The translations under genes were made by a program, and so were the position numbers. DNA of 64,000 nucleotides, from NCBI GenBank assembly GCA_963745025.1, contig CAVUWD010000016.1, forward strand, positions 480,001 through 544,000, written 5' to 3'. Below the pieces are notes generated by a model. That model searched no databases. It was not told the DNA's origin and saw only the letters and a list, made by a program, of their open reading frames with translations. Numbering within the stretch: position 1 is the stretch's first letter; the number at the start of each line of letters is the position of its first letter. Shown piece after piece: positions 10,682 through 20,051 of this stretch. This DNA is from an uncultured delta proteobacterium (lineage in GTDB: Bacteria > Desulfobacterota > Binatia > JACPRU01).

Positions 10682-11124
10682 ATGAAGATCAAATCATTGG
10701 GTCATGTGGTGCTGCGGGTGACCGACTGCGAACGGGCGAACGGCCTTCTACAACGGCGTGCTCGGGCTGCCGGTCTGTGCCCGTTTAGACCAGGACGGCA
10801 TGAAGATGGCGTTCTTCTCGCTCGGCAATCATCACGACTTTGCGGTGATGGAGGTGAAGCGGCGAGGGCAGCAGCCGGGCCGAATCCGCAGTGGGGTTGC
10901 ATCATGTCGCCTTCAACATCGGCACCACCTTGGACGAACTGCGCGAAGCCAAGGCGAAGCTGGACGCCGCGGGCATCGCGACCGATCCCGTCGACCACGA
11001 GGTGACGAAGTCGCTGTACTTCAAGGATCCCGACGGCAACGGCGTCGAGCTGTACGTCGATGCGTCCGATGTCTGGCGCCAACACCCGCAGCGGGTCGCA
11101 CAGTTGAGGCCGCTCAAGTTGTAG
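10682..11124 (+). CDS. VOC/glyoxalase family protein (frameshifted)
   Basis: MKIKSLGHVVLRV, FFSLGNHHDFAV, GLHHVAF, SLYFKDPDGNGVELY in successive frames. Confidence 0.8.
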
Positions 11125-11198
11125 CGCTAATTCCGAGCCAGTTCGGTAGCGATCTTCGCCGCGATCATCGATGCCGTGAGGTACGCGAGCTCTCGCAG

Positions 11199-11689
11199 CT
11201 ATTTCTTGTGCTCCCCCTTGTGCTCGTGCTTCTTCGCTGCCCCGGGAGGAGGCAGGCCGATCGAGGCATGATCGAGCACGTAGCGCCAGCCGGAGCCGGT
11301 CTTCGCAATGACTTCCGTAGCGCGGATCTGCGAGGTCGTTGTCTTACCGTCGGGGTCGGTCTGTGTCACTTCCCAGTGACCAACGATCAAGATGTGAGAA
11401 TCGCCGAGCGGCATCCCCTCGAGCGACTTGATGACGGCCTTGGTATTGCTCTTTGCGTCGCAGAGACCGGGGATGAGCTTCTCGATCGCAGCCTTCCCCT
11501 TGGCCTCTTCCCCTGCTCCCGGCCACACGACGACCGCGTCATCCGCATATAGGGCGAGGACAGCGTTCACGTCGCCCGCCTCGCCGCTTTGGAAAAGGCT
11601 TCGTCATGCGCTCTGGCATCCGCCGTGGGGTCCGCGAAGGCCGGGGCTGCAAGCGCAAGTACCAGTGCTACCGCACTCCAGTTCCGCAT
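11199..11689 (-). CDS. Exported NTF2/SnoaL-like (DUF4440) protein, frameshift near 11585
   Basis: Signal peptide [19 protein letters not shown], then [14 protein letters not shown]...[10 protein letters not shown]. Confidence 0.75.
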
Positions 11690-11774
11690 GTTCGTCTCCT
11701 CCTCGGAGGTTTCTCCCACGACCGCGCCGACACGGTCAAGCAACGACCGAGAGCTGCGGAGCGAAGGCACGGGA

Positions 11775-12311
11775 TGTCTTGGATCCACGGCAGCACCACG
11801 CGGTAGACGTCGATCGGCACGCGAATGTTCTTCAGCTCCGGCTGCCCGAGTCGAACGAGTGGCTCCTCGATCTTGTTGCGAATCTGATCGAACACAGGAC
11901 CGGAGATGCAGATTCCCCCGGCTCCGCCAGGGGTTCGGGGCGGGCGGCGATGTTCACGCCGTCGCCGAAGACGTCGCCGTCGCGCACCTCCACGTCACCG
12001 AGATGGAGGCCGATGCGCACCTGGATGCGCCGCTCGGCTGCCTCGGATGAATTGCGCTGGACGAGCGCCTTCTGAATCCCGATGGCGCAGCGCGCCGCCT
12101 GCAAGGCGCTGGCGAACACCACCAGGAACCCGTCGCCGGTCTCCTTGACTTCGCGACCTCCGTACTGCGCAAAGATCGGCCGCAGCAGTTGGCGTTGCTC
12201 GCGGAGGAGAGCCAGCGCCAGCGCTTCGTCGCGCTGGGTCAGCGCGCTGTAGCCGACCATGTCGGTGAACATGATTGCGGCCAGCTTCCGGTGTTCCTCT
12301 TCGTCGGACAT
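11775..12311 (-). pseudogene. Class III adenylate/guanylate cyclase domain, truncated after the cyclase domain and frameshifted
   Basis: [41 protein letters not shown], then [13 protein letters not shown] in another frame. Confidence 0.85.
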
Positions 12312-12439
12312 GCGGTGGCTCGTGTTCCTACCACTTGCCCGTGCCCGGTGTCGAAACCGGTGCGTAGGCGCGGGGCGCAGTCGGAGTGTCGACGAGTCGA
12401 AAACCGGGTTGGGGACTTCGACTTTCGACTAGACTGTGG

Positions 12440-12514
12440 TCAAAACGCCTTCTGCACCTCGGGTGGTGCAGCGTCGTAGTCGCGTTGAAAGTGGCTCGTC
12501 AGGCGGTAGCGCAC
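12440..12514 (-). pseudogene. Truncated RelE/ParE-like toxin N-terminus
   Basis: Manual translation VRYRLTSHFQRDYDAAPPEVQKAF*, directly downstream of an RHH antitoxin. Confidence 0.5.
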
Positions 12515-12523
12515 GGCGGCGCA

Positions 12524-12811
12524 TTATGAGCGCGAGCGGCGCGCCTTGCGGCGCTGCCCGGCCATCCAGCGCTGCCCTTCCTCGACGGTCTCGAAAGTAG
12601 GGGACAGGCCCTTGCCGGCTTTGGCGTCGAGGTACGCTTGCCGGCCGGCTTCCTCGATGTCGGGTTGTGCCTGGAGGTAGAAGCGCAGGGCGTCGCGCAC
12701 CAGCTCACTCCGGCTGCGGTGGGCGGCTTTGCTGCGGCGATCGACCTGCTTCATCATCGGCACGGGCAGCGAGACGGTGACAACGGCGGTGGTTTGAGGA
12801 TTGCGTGGCAT
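12524..12811 (-). CDS. Ribbon-helix-helix (CopG-like) protein, putative antitoxin
   Basis: VVTVSLP...SRSELVRDALRFY and RelB-like tail GLSPTFETVEE; upstream TTGACG-17 nt-TAAGCT promoter. Confidence 0.75.
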   Translation of the reverse strand: MPRNPQTTAVVTVSLPVPMMKQVDRRSKAAHRSRSELVRDALRFYLQAQPDIEEAGRQAYLDAKAGKGLSPTFETVEEGQRWMAGQRRKARRSRS

Positions 12812-13081
12812 AGGGTTATGAACCTTTATTAAGTGAGCTTACCACGGTCGGCTGGGGGCGTCAACTTTGAGAGATGGGGCGACAGACGCGTACACCGATT
12901 TTGAATTGACACGCGTTGCGCGAGCTGCGCAACCTCATCGGGCGGCTGGTGATGATGACGCGCAGCGAGACGATCGGCGTCGCTTCGAAGCGAGTGATGA
13001 TCGACGAGGAGTCGTTGGCGCCGAACGGCGCGGTCCGCATGGTCCTCTGACCCGACGCGGCCGCCGCCTTTGAGGGAGCCC

Positions 13082-13879
13082 ATGTACGAAACTCTCGACG
13101 TTCACGGCGAAGACCGCGTGCTCTGGGTCGCGCTCAACCGCCCGGAGCGGCTGAACGCGCTGAATGCGCGGATGATCGAGGAGCTCGGGTCGTTGTTCGA
13201 CGCCTTGCCGGACGACCGCGAGACGCGCGTGGTGATCCTGCGCGGCGCCGGCAGGGCGTTCTGCTCCGGCTGGGACCTGCGGGACGAGTCGGCCGGGGGC
13301 GGCCTCACCGGTCCGGTCGACGCGGCGCTGGGCCTCCAGCGCCGCTTCAGCAGCGTGATCGTGCGCATGCGGCGAGTGCCGCAGCCGATCCTCGCGTGCG
13401 TGCACGGCGCGGCGACAGGCGGCGGGCTTTCGGTCGCGCTCGGCGCGGACGTGCGCATCGCGGGCGAGTCCGCGCGCATGAACTGCGCGTACATCCGCGT
13501 CGGCTTGGGCGGCTGCGACGCGGGATCGAGCTACTTCCTGCCGCGCATCGTCGGCGCCTCCGTGGCGGCCGAGCTCATTCTCACCGGCAACTTCATCGAC
13601 GCGGCGCGCGCGGAGCGGGTCGGGTTGGTGTCCCGGGTCGTTCCCGACGCGGAGCTCGAACCGGCGGCTCGAGCGCTCGCCCAAGACATCGTGCGGAACT
13701 CCCCGCTCGGCGTTCGACTCACCAAGGAATGCCTGAACGTCTCGATCGACGCGCCGAGCCTCGAAGCCGTGGTGGCGATGGAAGACCGCAATCAGATCCT
13801 CGCCGCCCAGTCGGGAGACTTTCGCGAGGGCCTGGCGGCATTCATGGAGAAGCGCCCGCCTCGCTACCGCGACGGCTGA
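13082..13879 (+). CDS. Enoyl-CoA hydratase/isomerase
   Basis: LNRPERLNAL, GAGRAFCSGWDL, VHGAATGGG, DFREGLAAFMEKRPP. Confidence 0.92.
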   Translation: MYETLDVHGEDRVLWVALNRPERLNALNARMIEELGSLFDALPDDRETRVVILRGAGRAFCSGWDLRDESAGGGLTGPVDAALGLQRRFSSVIVRMRRVPQPILACVHGAATGGGLSVALGADVRIAGESARMNCAYIRVGLGGCDAGSSYFLPRIVGASVAAELILTGNFIDAARAERVGLVSRVVPDAELEPAARALAQDIVRNSPLGVRLTKECLNVSIDAPSLEAVVAMEDRNQILAAQSGDFREGLAAFMEKRPPRYRDG

Positions 13880-13969
13880 ACGCGGAGCTGAGCCCGAGGA
13901 GGCAGTTCGCATCCTCGAGGAGCTCGCCAGGGCGAGGAATCAGGAGTAGACGAGGGGCAAGGCGGAGTG

Positions 13970-14377
13970 ATGACCGAGGCGGAGATTGCGACCTTCCACG
14001 ACAGTTTTCAACGGTGCATGGCGACGGGCCGGCGCTTCTTCGACGTTTTCTACGATCATTTCCTGAAATCATCGCCAGAGATTGCTGCGAAGTTTCAAAG
14101 AACCGATCTCAAGCGGCAGAAGCAGAAGCTAAAACTCTCACTCCACATGATGGTGGGCGCGTTGGTGCTCCACTCTGCGGATTACTCGATGTTAGCGTAC
14201 GTCGCGGAGCGCCACGCCCACACCAACTGGGATATCCCGCCAAATCTCTATCAGTTCTGGCTCGATTCGTTGATCTTCGCCGCGAAGATCTGCGATCCGT
14301 CCTTCGATGCCGAGACGGAGAAGAACTGGAGAACGGCGATGCAGCCGGGAATCGACTACATCGTATCGCTCTACTAA
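13970..14377 (+). CDS. Single-domain globin
   Basis: FFDVFYDHFLKSSPEIAAKF, RQKQKL, AERH...IPPNLYQFWLDSLI; typical bacterial globin pattern. Confidence 0.8.
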   Translation: MTEAEIATFHDSFQRCMATGRRFFDVFYDHFLKSSPEIAAKFQRTDLKRQKQKLKLSLHMMVGALVLHSADYSMLAYVAERHAHTNWDIPPNLYQFWLDSLIFAAKICDPSFDAETEKNWRTAMQPGIDYIVSLY

Positions 14378-14489
14378 CGGCGTCTCTTTTCAAAGAGACC
14401 CAATACCTGCCGCGACTTCGGCCTTGCAATCGGGTGCCATGCATTGATGCGGGAAAACTCTTTGGACACTGGGCGAAAGGAGGCCACAG

Positions 14490-14858
14490 ATGGCACTAGG
14501 TAAAGAGATCGGCGATTTTACGTTCAAACAGACATCCGCGACCTACGCGGAAGACGGTGGTAGCGTAAGCGTCAACTTCGATGGCACCGCCACGCGTTTC
14601 GGAACCGTCTTGGGCACACTGATCGCCCGTGGCGAGCCCGGGGCAAAGCAGGGCACATGCAGCTGGCGGGGACAGGGTTTTCTGGAGAACGGCGACAACG
14701 TGGTCGGCTTGGGCGAAGGGACGTGGCAGGAGACCGGAAAGCACCAATGGCGGATTCGGATGATCAACCAAACTTCGGACGGCCAGATTTTCGCCGCAGA
14801 TAGGCGGCTGGACCTCGCGACGCGCTCGTTCTCCGGCAAGCTCATTGAGTGGAGTTAG
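14490..14858 (+). CDS. Hypothetical protein, beta-rich
   Basis: Clean ORF with an AGGAGG-like SD (gaaaggaggccacagATG). Confidence 0.7.
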   Translation: MALGKEIGDFTFKQTSATYAEDGGSVSVNFDGTATRFGTVLGTLIARGEPGAKQGTCSWRGQGFLENGDNVVGLGEGTWQETGKHQWRIRMINQTSDGQIFAADRRLDLATRSFSGKLIEWS

Positions 14859-14870
14859 ACCCGGGTTTTT

Positions 14871-15045
14871 GACTCTCGCGGGCCGCGCACTGTCGCCGCA
14901 GATTCTGGAGCTGCGCGGACGTCTGGCCGCCGCGCTCGGTGACGCGCCGGCTTCCGACCTGACGCTGCGACGGGCGCTGGATCTCCACCGCGCCATCGGC
15001 GCCATGGGGCACGCCGAGCGGCTGGCGCGGGAGATCGGCGCATGA
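14871..15045 (+). repeat. Cyclase/ATPase/TPR gene 3'-end remnant, copy 1
   Basis: GRALSPQILELRGRLAAALGDAPASD...GHAERLAREIGA*; near-identical DNA at 16598-16798, 19088-19287 and 20365-20635. Confidence 0.85.
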
Positions 15046-15145
15046 AGTGCGCGAGGAGCGGTAGCCAGAGCCCCGAGCGCGCGAAGTTCTGCCTCGAATG
15101 CGGCGCCTCCTTCGCCTCGCGCTGCGCCAGCTGCGGGAGGGCCAC
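15042..15145 (+). pseudogene. Zinc-ribbon N-terminal remnant of a cyclase gene
   Basis: MKCARSGSQSPERAKFCLECGASFASRCASCG; ATG overlaps the preceding TGA. Confidence 0.75.
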
Positions 15146-15208
15146 TGACCGCAACTTGTGGTACCATACTTCCTCGCTGTTTTACCGACTGGGCCGAAGG
15201 AGCAGTGA

Positions 15209-15448
15209 ATGAGAACGTACAACATGACGGCCGTGATCTGGAAGGAAGCGAGCGCCTACGTCTCGAAATGCCCGGAGACCGGTGTCGCAAGCTGCGGCGA
15301 GACGCCTGAAGAGGCCCTGCGAAATCTCAAGGAGGCCGTCGAGCTGTACCTGGAAAACGCGAAACGCCTAGGGATGCTGCGAGACATCCACGATACCCTC
15401 GCCGCTCCTGGAAAATTCACCACCTCCTTTGCGGCTTCCGTGCGATGA
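15209..15448 (+). CDS. hicB: HicB-family antitoxin (short form)
   Basis: AVIWKE...YVSKCPETGVASCGETPEEALRNLKEAVELYLE. Confidence 0.9.
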   Translation: MRTYNMTAVIWKEASAYVSKCPETGVASCGETPEEALRNLKEAVELYLENAKRLGMLRDIHDTLAAPGKFTTSFAASVR

Positions 15449-15609
15449 GCAAGCTCCCGGGCCTCTCGTCCGACGAGGTCCTCAGGGCGCTGCGGAAGAT
15501 CGGATTCGTCTACGCTCCCAAGCGAGGGAAAGGCAGCCATGCGGCGTTGTATCGAACTGACGCAAGCGGCAAGACGTGGCTGGTGATCGTGCCGAAGCGA
15601 CAGAGCTGA
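15445..15609 (+). pseudogene. hicA: HicA-family toxin, C-terminally truncated
   Basis: Manual translation MSKLPGLSSDEVLRALRKIGF...RGKGSHAALY...VIVPKRQS*; GSH motif present, terminal helices missing. Confidence 0.75.
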
Positions 15610-15649
15610 AGCCTGGGAGCGTCGGGACGCCAAGCCCCGCTGGGCCAAG

Positions 15650-16530
15650 ATCCTCAGCTCCCGACCCGCGCGCCTACACTCCCAAGCACCTCGCCGAAAA
15701 GATCCTGCAGTCGAAGTCCGCTCTCGAAGGCGAGCGGAAGCAGGTGACGGTGCTGTTCGCCGACGTGAAGGGCTCGATGGATCTGGCCGAGCAGCTCGAC
15801 CCGGAAGATTGGCACGAGATCCTCGACCGCTTCTTCCAGATCCTCACCGACGGGGTGCATCGCTTCGAGGGCACGGTCAACCAGTACACCGGCGACGGCA
15901 TCATGGCGCTGTTCGGCGCGCCGATCGCCCACGAGGATCATGCGCAGCGGGCCTGCTATGCGGCGCTGCATTTGCGGGACGCCGTGCGCGAATACGCCAA
16001 CGAGGTGCGCGCGCGCCACGGCATCCCGTTCGGCGTGCGCATCGGCCTGAACTCGGGCGAGGTGGTGGTCGGCCGGATCGGCGACGATCTGCGCATGGAC
16101 TACACGGCGCAGGGGCATCGGCCTGGCGCAGCGGATGGAGGCGCTCGCCGAATCGGGGCACATCTGTCTCTCGGAGCACACGGCGCGGCTGGTCGAGGGC
16201 TACTTCCAGGTGAAGGACCTGGGACGCACCAGGGTCAAGGGCGTGGACGAGCCGGTCGGGCTCTACGACGGAGTGCCTCGCGAGCGGCGGCGGGCCGCGC
16301 GTCGTTGCCCCGATCCAACCTCCTCCAGGACCCGCGCCGACCACTCCAGCGTCGCCCGGCCGTCGCCTGCGTGGAGGTGTCCAAAGCCTGGGGACGTCCC
16401 AAGCGCCGCGCGCGGTGCCGTGAGAGTGCCGCGATCTCTCGTGATCGCCGCACGGGCCTCGTGATCCTTCCCCAGGTGCTGGCCTTACTTGCGGAGGCAC
16501 ACCTGGCACTCGGGGAGGAGGCCGCACGCA
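15650..16530 (+). pseudogene. Internal remnants of a zinc-ribbon/cyclase/ATPase/TPR gene
   Basis: YTPKHLAEKI, GERKQVTVLFADVKGS, YTGDGIMALFGAPIAHEDHAQRAC, RIGLNSGEVVVG, then a jump to TPR text ILPQVLALLAEAHLALGE. Confidence 0.85.
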
Positions 16531-16597
16531 TCGCGGCGGAGTGCGACGATCCGAGGGCACAGTACGCCATCACTCGGGACGACTCGTTGTCGAGCTT

Positions 16598-16798
16598 TTC
16601 GAACGTGCCGAGCACCTGGTCGAGTCGATCGAGGGCCGCTCGCTGTCGCCGCGGATCCTGGAGATGCGCGGGCGCCTGGCCGCCGCGCTCGGCGACGCGC
16701 CGGCTTCCGGCCGGGCGCTGCTACAAGCGCTCGAGCTCTACCGAGCCATCGGTGCAACGGGGCACGCCGAGCGGCTGGCGCGGGAGCTCGGGAGTTAG
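16598..16798 (+). repeat. Cyclase/TPR gene 3'-end remnant, copy 2
   Basis: FERAEHLVESIEGRSLSPRILEMRGRLAAALGDAPAS...AERLARELGS*. Confidence 0.85.
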
Positions 16799-16890
16799 GC
16801 GGTCGGGTTCAGAGGCCTCGAGGCGACGCGGCGACCCGCCGGTTACAGGCGCGTATCTACATAACGTATGTACGGAGAGAAGGGGAGGCG

Positions 16891-17076
16891 ATGAGCGGAC
16901 GGGCCAAGCAGCGCCGATGGAGCCGGGCCTTCATCGAGCTGGCTGGCGCAACGCCCGACTTCCAACGCGGTACGATCATCAGCCCCAACGACCTCAAGAT
17001 CGCGGCGCATGTGCTGTCCTTGGACCTCGTGCTGGTACTGGCACCACACCCCAGCGTCGCTTCGCTCCGATCATGA
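16891..17076 (+). pseudogene. Internally deleted in-frame vapB-vapC fusion copy
   Basis: DNA matches three separate pieces of 19382-19953; the upstream region 16799-16890 matches 19288-19381. Confidence 0.8.
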
Positions 17077-17174
17077 TCACTCGGCATGACTGATCACGAT
17101 CCCCGGAACAGATGATCACGATGGGCGGAATGCGCACGTCGTGCACCCGACGCTTCCCAAGTCGATCGACGGCC

Positions 17175-17489
17175 TCAGGCCGCCTTCGTCTTCGCTAGCG
17201 GCCGGATCTCTTGCTCGATGCGATCGAGGAGCGCGTCTTCGGCGCTCTCGAGATCGTAGGCCGCCTGCGCGTTCATCCAAAACTCCGGGGTCGTGCCGAA
17301 ATAGCGCGCGAGCCGAAGCGCCGTGTCGGACGTGATGCCGCGCCGGCCGTGCACGATATCGCCGATCCGCGTAACCGGCACGTGCAGATCCATCGCGAGC
17401 CTGTTCATCGTGATCCCCAGAGGCTTCAAAAACTCCTCCAGCAGGATCTCGCCGGGATGGATCGGGGCAAGCTTCCTTCTCTTGGCCAT
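17175..17489 (-). CDS. higA: HigA antitoxin (HTH XRE)
   Basis: PIHPGEILLEEFLKPLGI...ITSDTALRLARYFGTTPEFWMNAQ. Confidence 0.95.
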   Translation of the reverse strand: MAKRRKLAPIHPGEILLEEFLKPLGITMNRLAMDLHVPVTRIGDIVHGRRGITSDTALRLARYFGTTPEFWMNAQAAYDLESAEDALLDRIEQEIRPLAKTKAA

Positions 17490-17504
17490 GCGCTGTTCCT
17501 CCTT

Positions 17505-17783
17505 CTAGTGATAGTCGACGATCTCGACGTCGTAGGCGTCTCCATCGCGCCACACGAAGCAGAGTCTCCATTGGTCGTTCACCCGGATGCTATGCTGCCC
17601 TCGTCGATCGCCCTTTAACGCTTCGAGTCGATTAGCGGGCGGTGCCGCCAGGTCCTTCAATTCCTTCGCGATATGAAGCAGCCGAAGCTTTCGCAGAGCA
17701 ACCCGCTCGATCGCAGCGAATTGTCGGCTCCGCTCGCGGTGGAAGAAACTCTCGGTTTTTCCATCGCCGAAGCTCTTGATCAC
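17505..17783 (-). CDS. higB: HigB toxin (RelE family)
   Basis: MIKSF...PPANRLEALKGDRRGQHSIRVNDQWRLCFVW...VEIVDYH. Confidence 0.95.
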   Translation of the reverse strand: MIKSFGDGKTESFFHRERSRQFAAIERVALRKLRLLHIAKELKDLAAPPANRLEALKGDRRGQHSIRVNDQWRLCFVWRDGDAYDVEIVDYH

Positions 17784-17789
17784 TACTGA

Positions 17790-17820
17790 GGTTCATATAC
17801 TGTAATCCAGTATACGTCAA
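17790..17820 (-). promoter_or_regulatory. higBA promoter with an inverted-repeat operator
   Basis: -35 TTGACG at 17820-17815; TATACTG-N5-CAGTATA palindrome at 17796-17814. Confidence 0.6.
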
Positions 17821-17915
17821 CCAGGGGATCCGCGCAGGAGGTCCGCGGCCGGGACGGCCGGCGGTTCCCAACCTCAGAGCGGAAGAGATAGGTTCGTAGG
17901 CTCGGAGGCAGGACG

Positions 17916-18152
17916 GTGCGGTGTGCGGCGTGCGGGTCTGAGAACCCAGCGGAAGCGAACTTCTGCAACGGCTGCGGCGCGGCCCTATCCGCTCACTGCG
18001 TCGCGCGCGGAGCGGACAACCCGGCCGGATCGCGCTTCTGCAACCACTGCGGGGGTTCGCTGGTCGGCGGAGGCAGCGATGCGGTCCTCGAGGTCCTGGT
18101 CGACACGGCAGATTTGAAGGACGCGAACGCCCTGCTCAAAGGGCTTTCGTGA
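17916..18152 (+). pseudogene. Double zinc-ribbon N-terminus fused directly to a cyclase/ATPase C-terminus
   Basis: CAACGSENPAEANFCNGCG...NPAGSRFCNHCG followed by DTADLKDANALLKGLS*, which resembles the family's terminal FDTADLKEAKALL motif. Confidence 0.7.
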
Positions 18153-18176
18153 CAACGTTCGACAACGATGTTCGGG

Positions 18177-18560
18177 TCATCTTGCTTCCCCGGCAAAGAG
18201 AACGAGATCCGGGATGTCACGATAGTGGCGCCAGTTTCGCGTAACCAAGGGAAGGCGCTTGACCAGCGCCGCGGCCGCAATCAGGGCATCTTCTTTGGGT
18301 AGGTTGCGATGCGCGCTCCGCAGCGACGAATAGCGCTCCGCGATTCGCCCGTCGAGCCGCACCAGCCGATGCCGTCTGAGCACCTCAAGGATGGCCTCTC
18401 GCTCTCGAGATCGGAGTCCCCGTTTGGCGAGCAACTCCCTACGAGTCACCGCCGTATAGTAGATGACGAAGCGGCTGGCCTCCATGATCGAAGCGAAGCG
18501 TCCGCTATTGAGATAGTCGATGAGGACATCGGTATCTACGAGGAGCCCGATTTTTGCCAC
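18177..18560 (-). CDS. vapC: VapC/PIN-domain toxin
   Basis: LLVDTDVLIDYL, EDALIAAAAL, LVTRNWRHY. Confidence 0.9.
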   Translation of the reverse strand: MAKIGLLVDTDVLIDYLNSGRFASIMEASRFVIYYTAVTRRELLAKRGLRSREREAILEVLRRHRLVRLDGRIAERYSSLRSAHRNLPKEDALIAAAALVKRLPLVTRNWRHYRDIPDLVLFAGEAR

Positions 18561-18805
18561 CGCCGGATCTCCTCGAGAAAAGCTTCGTCGGTTTTCTTGT
18601 CGGAGCTCCGCCGGAGCGCTCGAACGTAAGCCACGCTATCGAGGACATCCGTGTGGCCATAAGGATTGAACTTCTCGCGCACCATCTCTTCGAGGATCGC
18701 CACGGGATACACCCCGCGCCTTCTCGCGGCGCGGATCACGAGTCGCTTGAGGTTCGAGTCGAACGACAGCGTCCACTTGTCCTTCGTGAGAGACGTCTTA
18801 GGCAT
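18536..18805 (-). CDS. Putative RHH-type antitoxin
   Basis: Small ORF (KWTLSFDSNLKRLVIRAARRRG) overlapping the start of the PIN gene. Confidence 0.65.
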   Translation of the reverse strand: MPKTSLTKDKWTLSFDSNLKRLVIRAARRRGVYPVAILEEMVREKFNPYGHTDVLDSVAYVRALRRSSDKKTDEAFLEEIRRWQKSGSS

Positions 18806-18864
18806 CGCGTGGCTCCGTACGTGTGAAATACGTATCATGAGAGCGGCGGAACTTCTACGATGAA

Positions 18865-19287
18865 GTGCTCACGGGGCGCGCATACCTTCCCCAGGTGCTG
18901 GCCGTACTCGCGGAGGCGTATCTGGCATTTGGCGAACGGACCGAGGCCTTGGCGACGGCGCGCGAGGCCGTCGATCTGGGACGCGGCGGCGGTTGCCGCT
19001 ACTTCGAAGCGCACGCGCAGCTCGCGCTGGCCGGGGCCCTGCTGGCAACGGACGGCGTCGTGCCACGAACGGAAATCGAGGCCGCCCTCGAACGCGCCGA
19101 GTACCTGGTCGAGTCGATCGAAGACCGCTCGCTGTCGCCGCGGATCCTGGAGATGCGCGGGCGCCTAGCTTCCGCGCTCGGTGACGCGCCGGCTTCCGAC
19201 CGGGCGCTGCGGCAAGCGCTGGATCTCTACCGCACCATCGGCGCCACCGGGCACGCCGAGCGGCTGGCGCGGGAGATCGAGTGTTAG
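18865..19287 (+). pseudogene. Cyclase/TPR gene 3'-end remnant, copy 3 (longest)
   Basis: YLPQVLAVLAEAYLAFGERTEALATAREAV...LSPRILEMRGRL...AERLAREIEC*. Confidence 0.85.
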
Positions 19288-19330
19288 GCTGCCGGGTTCA
19301 GAGGATCGAGGCGACCCTGCGACCCGCCGG

Positions 19331-19361
19331 TTGCAGGCACGTATCTACATAACGTATATAC
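19331..19361 (+). promoter_or_regulatory. vapBC promoter/operator
   Basis: TTGCAG...TATATA with paired GTATCTAC / GTATATAC boxes; near-identical copy at about 16843-16873. Confidence 0.55.
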
Positions 19362-19381
19362 GGAGCAGAAGGAGGAGGGAG

Positions 19382-19618
19382 ATGAGCGAACGGGCCAAGC
19401 TTTTCATGAGCGGCGGGAGTCAGGCGGTTCGCCTCCCGAGAGCCTACCGCTTCGAGAACCAGAAAGAAGTGTTGATCTCACGAAAGGGTCAGCAAGTGAT
19501 CTTGGAACCAAAGCGGCGCCGATGGAGCCCGGCCTTCATCGAGTTGGCTGGCGCAACGCCCGACTTCCCGTATCCGGACGAACCACCCCCAAGCGACCAC
19601 GGCCCTGACTTTGAATGA
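19382..19618 (+). CDS. vapB: VapB antitoxin (AbrB/SpoVT type)
   Basis: AKLFMSGGSQAVRLPRAYRF...EVLISRKGQQVILEP. Confidence 0.92.
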   Translation: MSERAKLFMSGGSQAVRLPRAYRFENQKEVLISRKGQQVILEPKRRRWSPAFIELAGATPDFPYPDEPPPSDHGPDFE

Positions 19619-20022
19619 AGTACCTCCTCGATACGAATGCGTGCGTCGACTATCTGAACGGCCGCTTTCCGAGATTGACGGAGCGAATTCAGCAATCGGC
19701 GCCGAGCGATCTGGCTGTCAGCTCCGTCGCCGTTGCCGAGTTGAGATACGGTGCCGAGAAGAGCAGTCAGCGACAGCGGAATCACGAGCGACTCGACGTG
19801 TTTTTTGGCGACGTTCCCTGCGTCGACTTCGACAGCGGCGCCGCGTTGGTCTACGGCCGCGTCCGCGCGGTCTTGGAACGACGCGGTGTGGTCATCGGCC
19901 CCTACGACCTCCAGATCGCGGCGCATGCGCTGTCCTTGGACCTCGTGCTGGTCAGCGACAACGTCCGCGAGTTCCGGCGGGTTGAAGGCCTGAAGGTCGA
20001 GAACTGGCGGCGCCGGCGGTGA
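19615..20022 (+). CDS. vapC: VapC toxin (PIN)
   Basis: MKYLLDTNAC, AELRYGAEKS, IGPYDLQIAAHAL, LVSDNVREFRRV. Confidence 0.95.
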   Translation: MKYLLDTNACVDYLNGRFPRLTERIQQSAPSDLAVSSVAVAELRYGAEKSSQRQRNHERLDVFFGDVPCVDFDSGAALVYGRVRAVLERRGVVIGPYDLQIAAHALSLDLVLVSDNVREFRRVEGLKVENWRRRR

Positions 20023-20051
20023 GCGAAGCCTCGCTCGCAAACCGAGCGCGA

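Noticed and set aside
19341-19368. pdif-like Xer site in the vapBC promoter (also at about 16853-16880)
   Set aside because: TTATGTAGATA resembles a XerD arm, but there is no credible XerC arm; a VapB operator explains it better.
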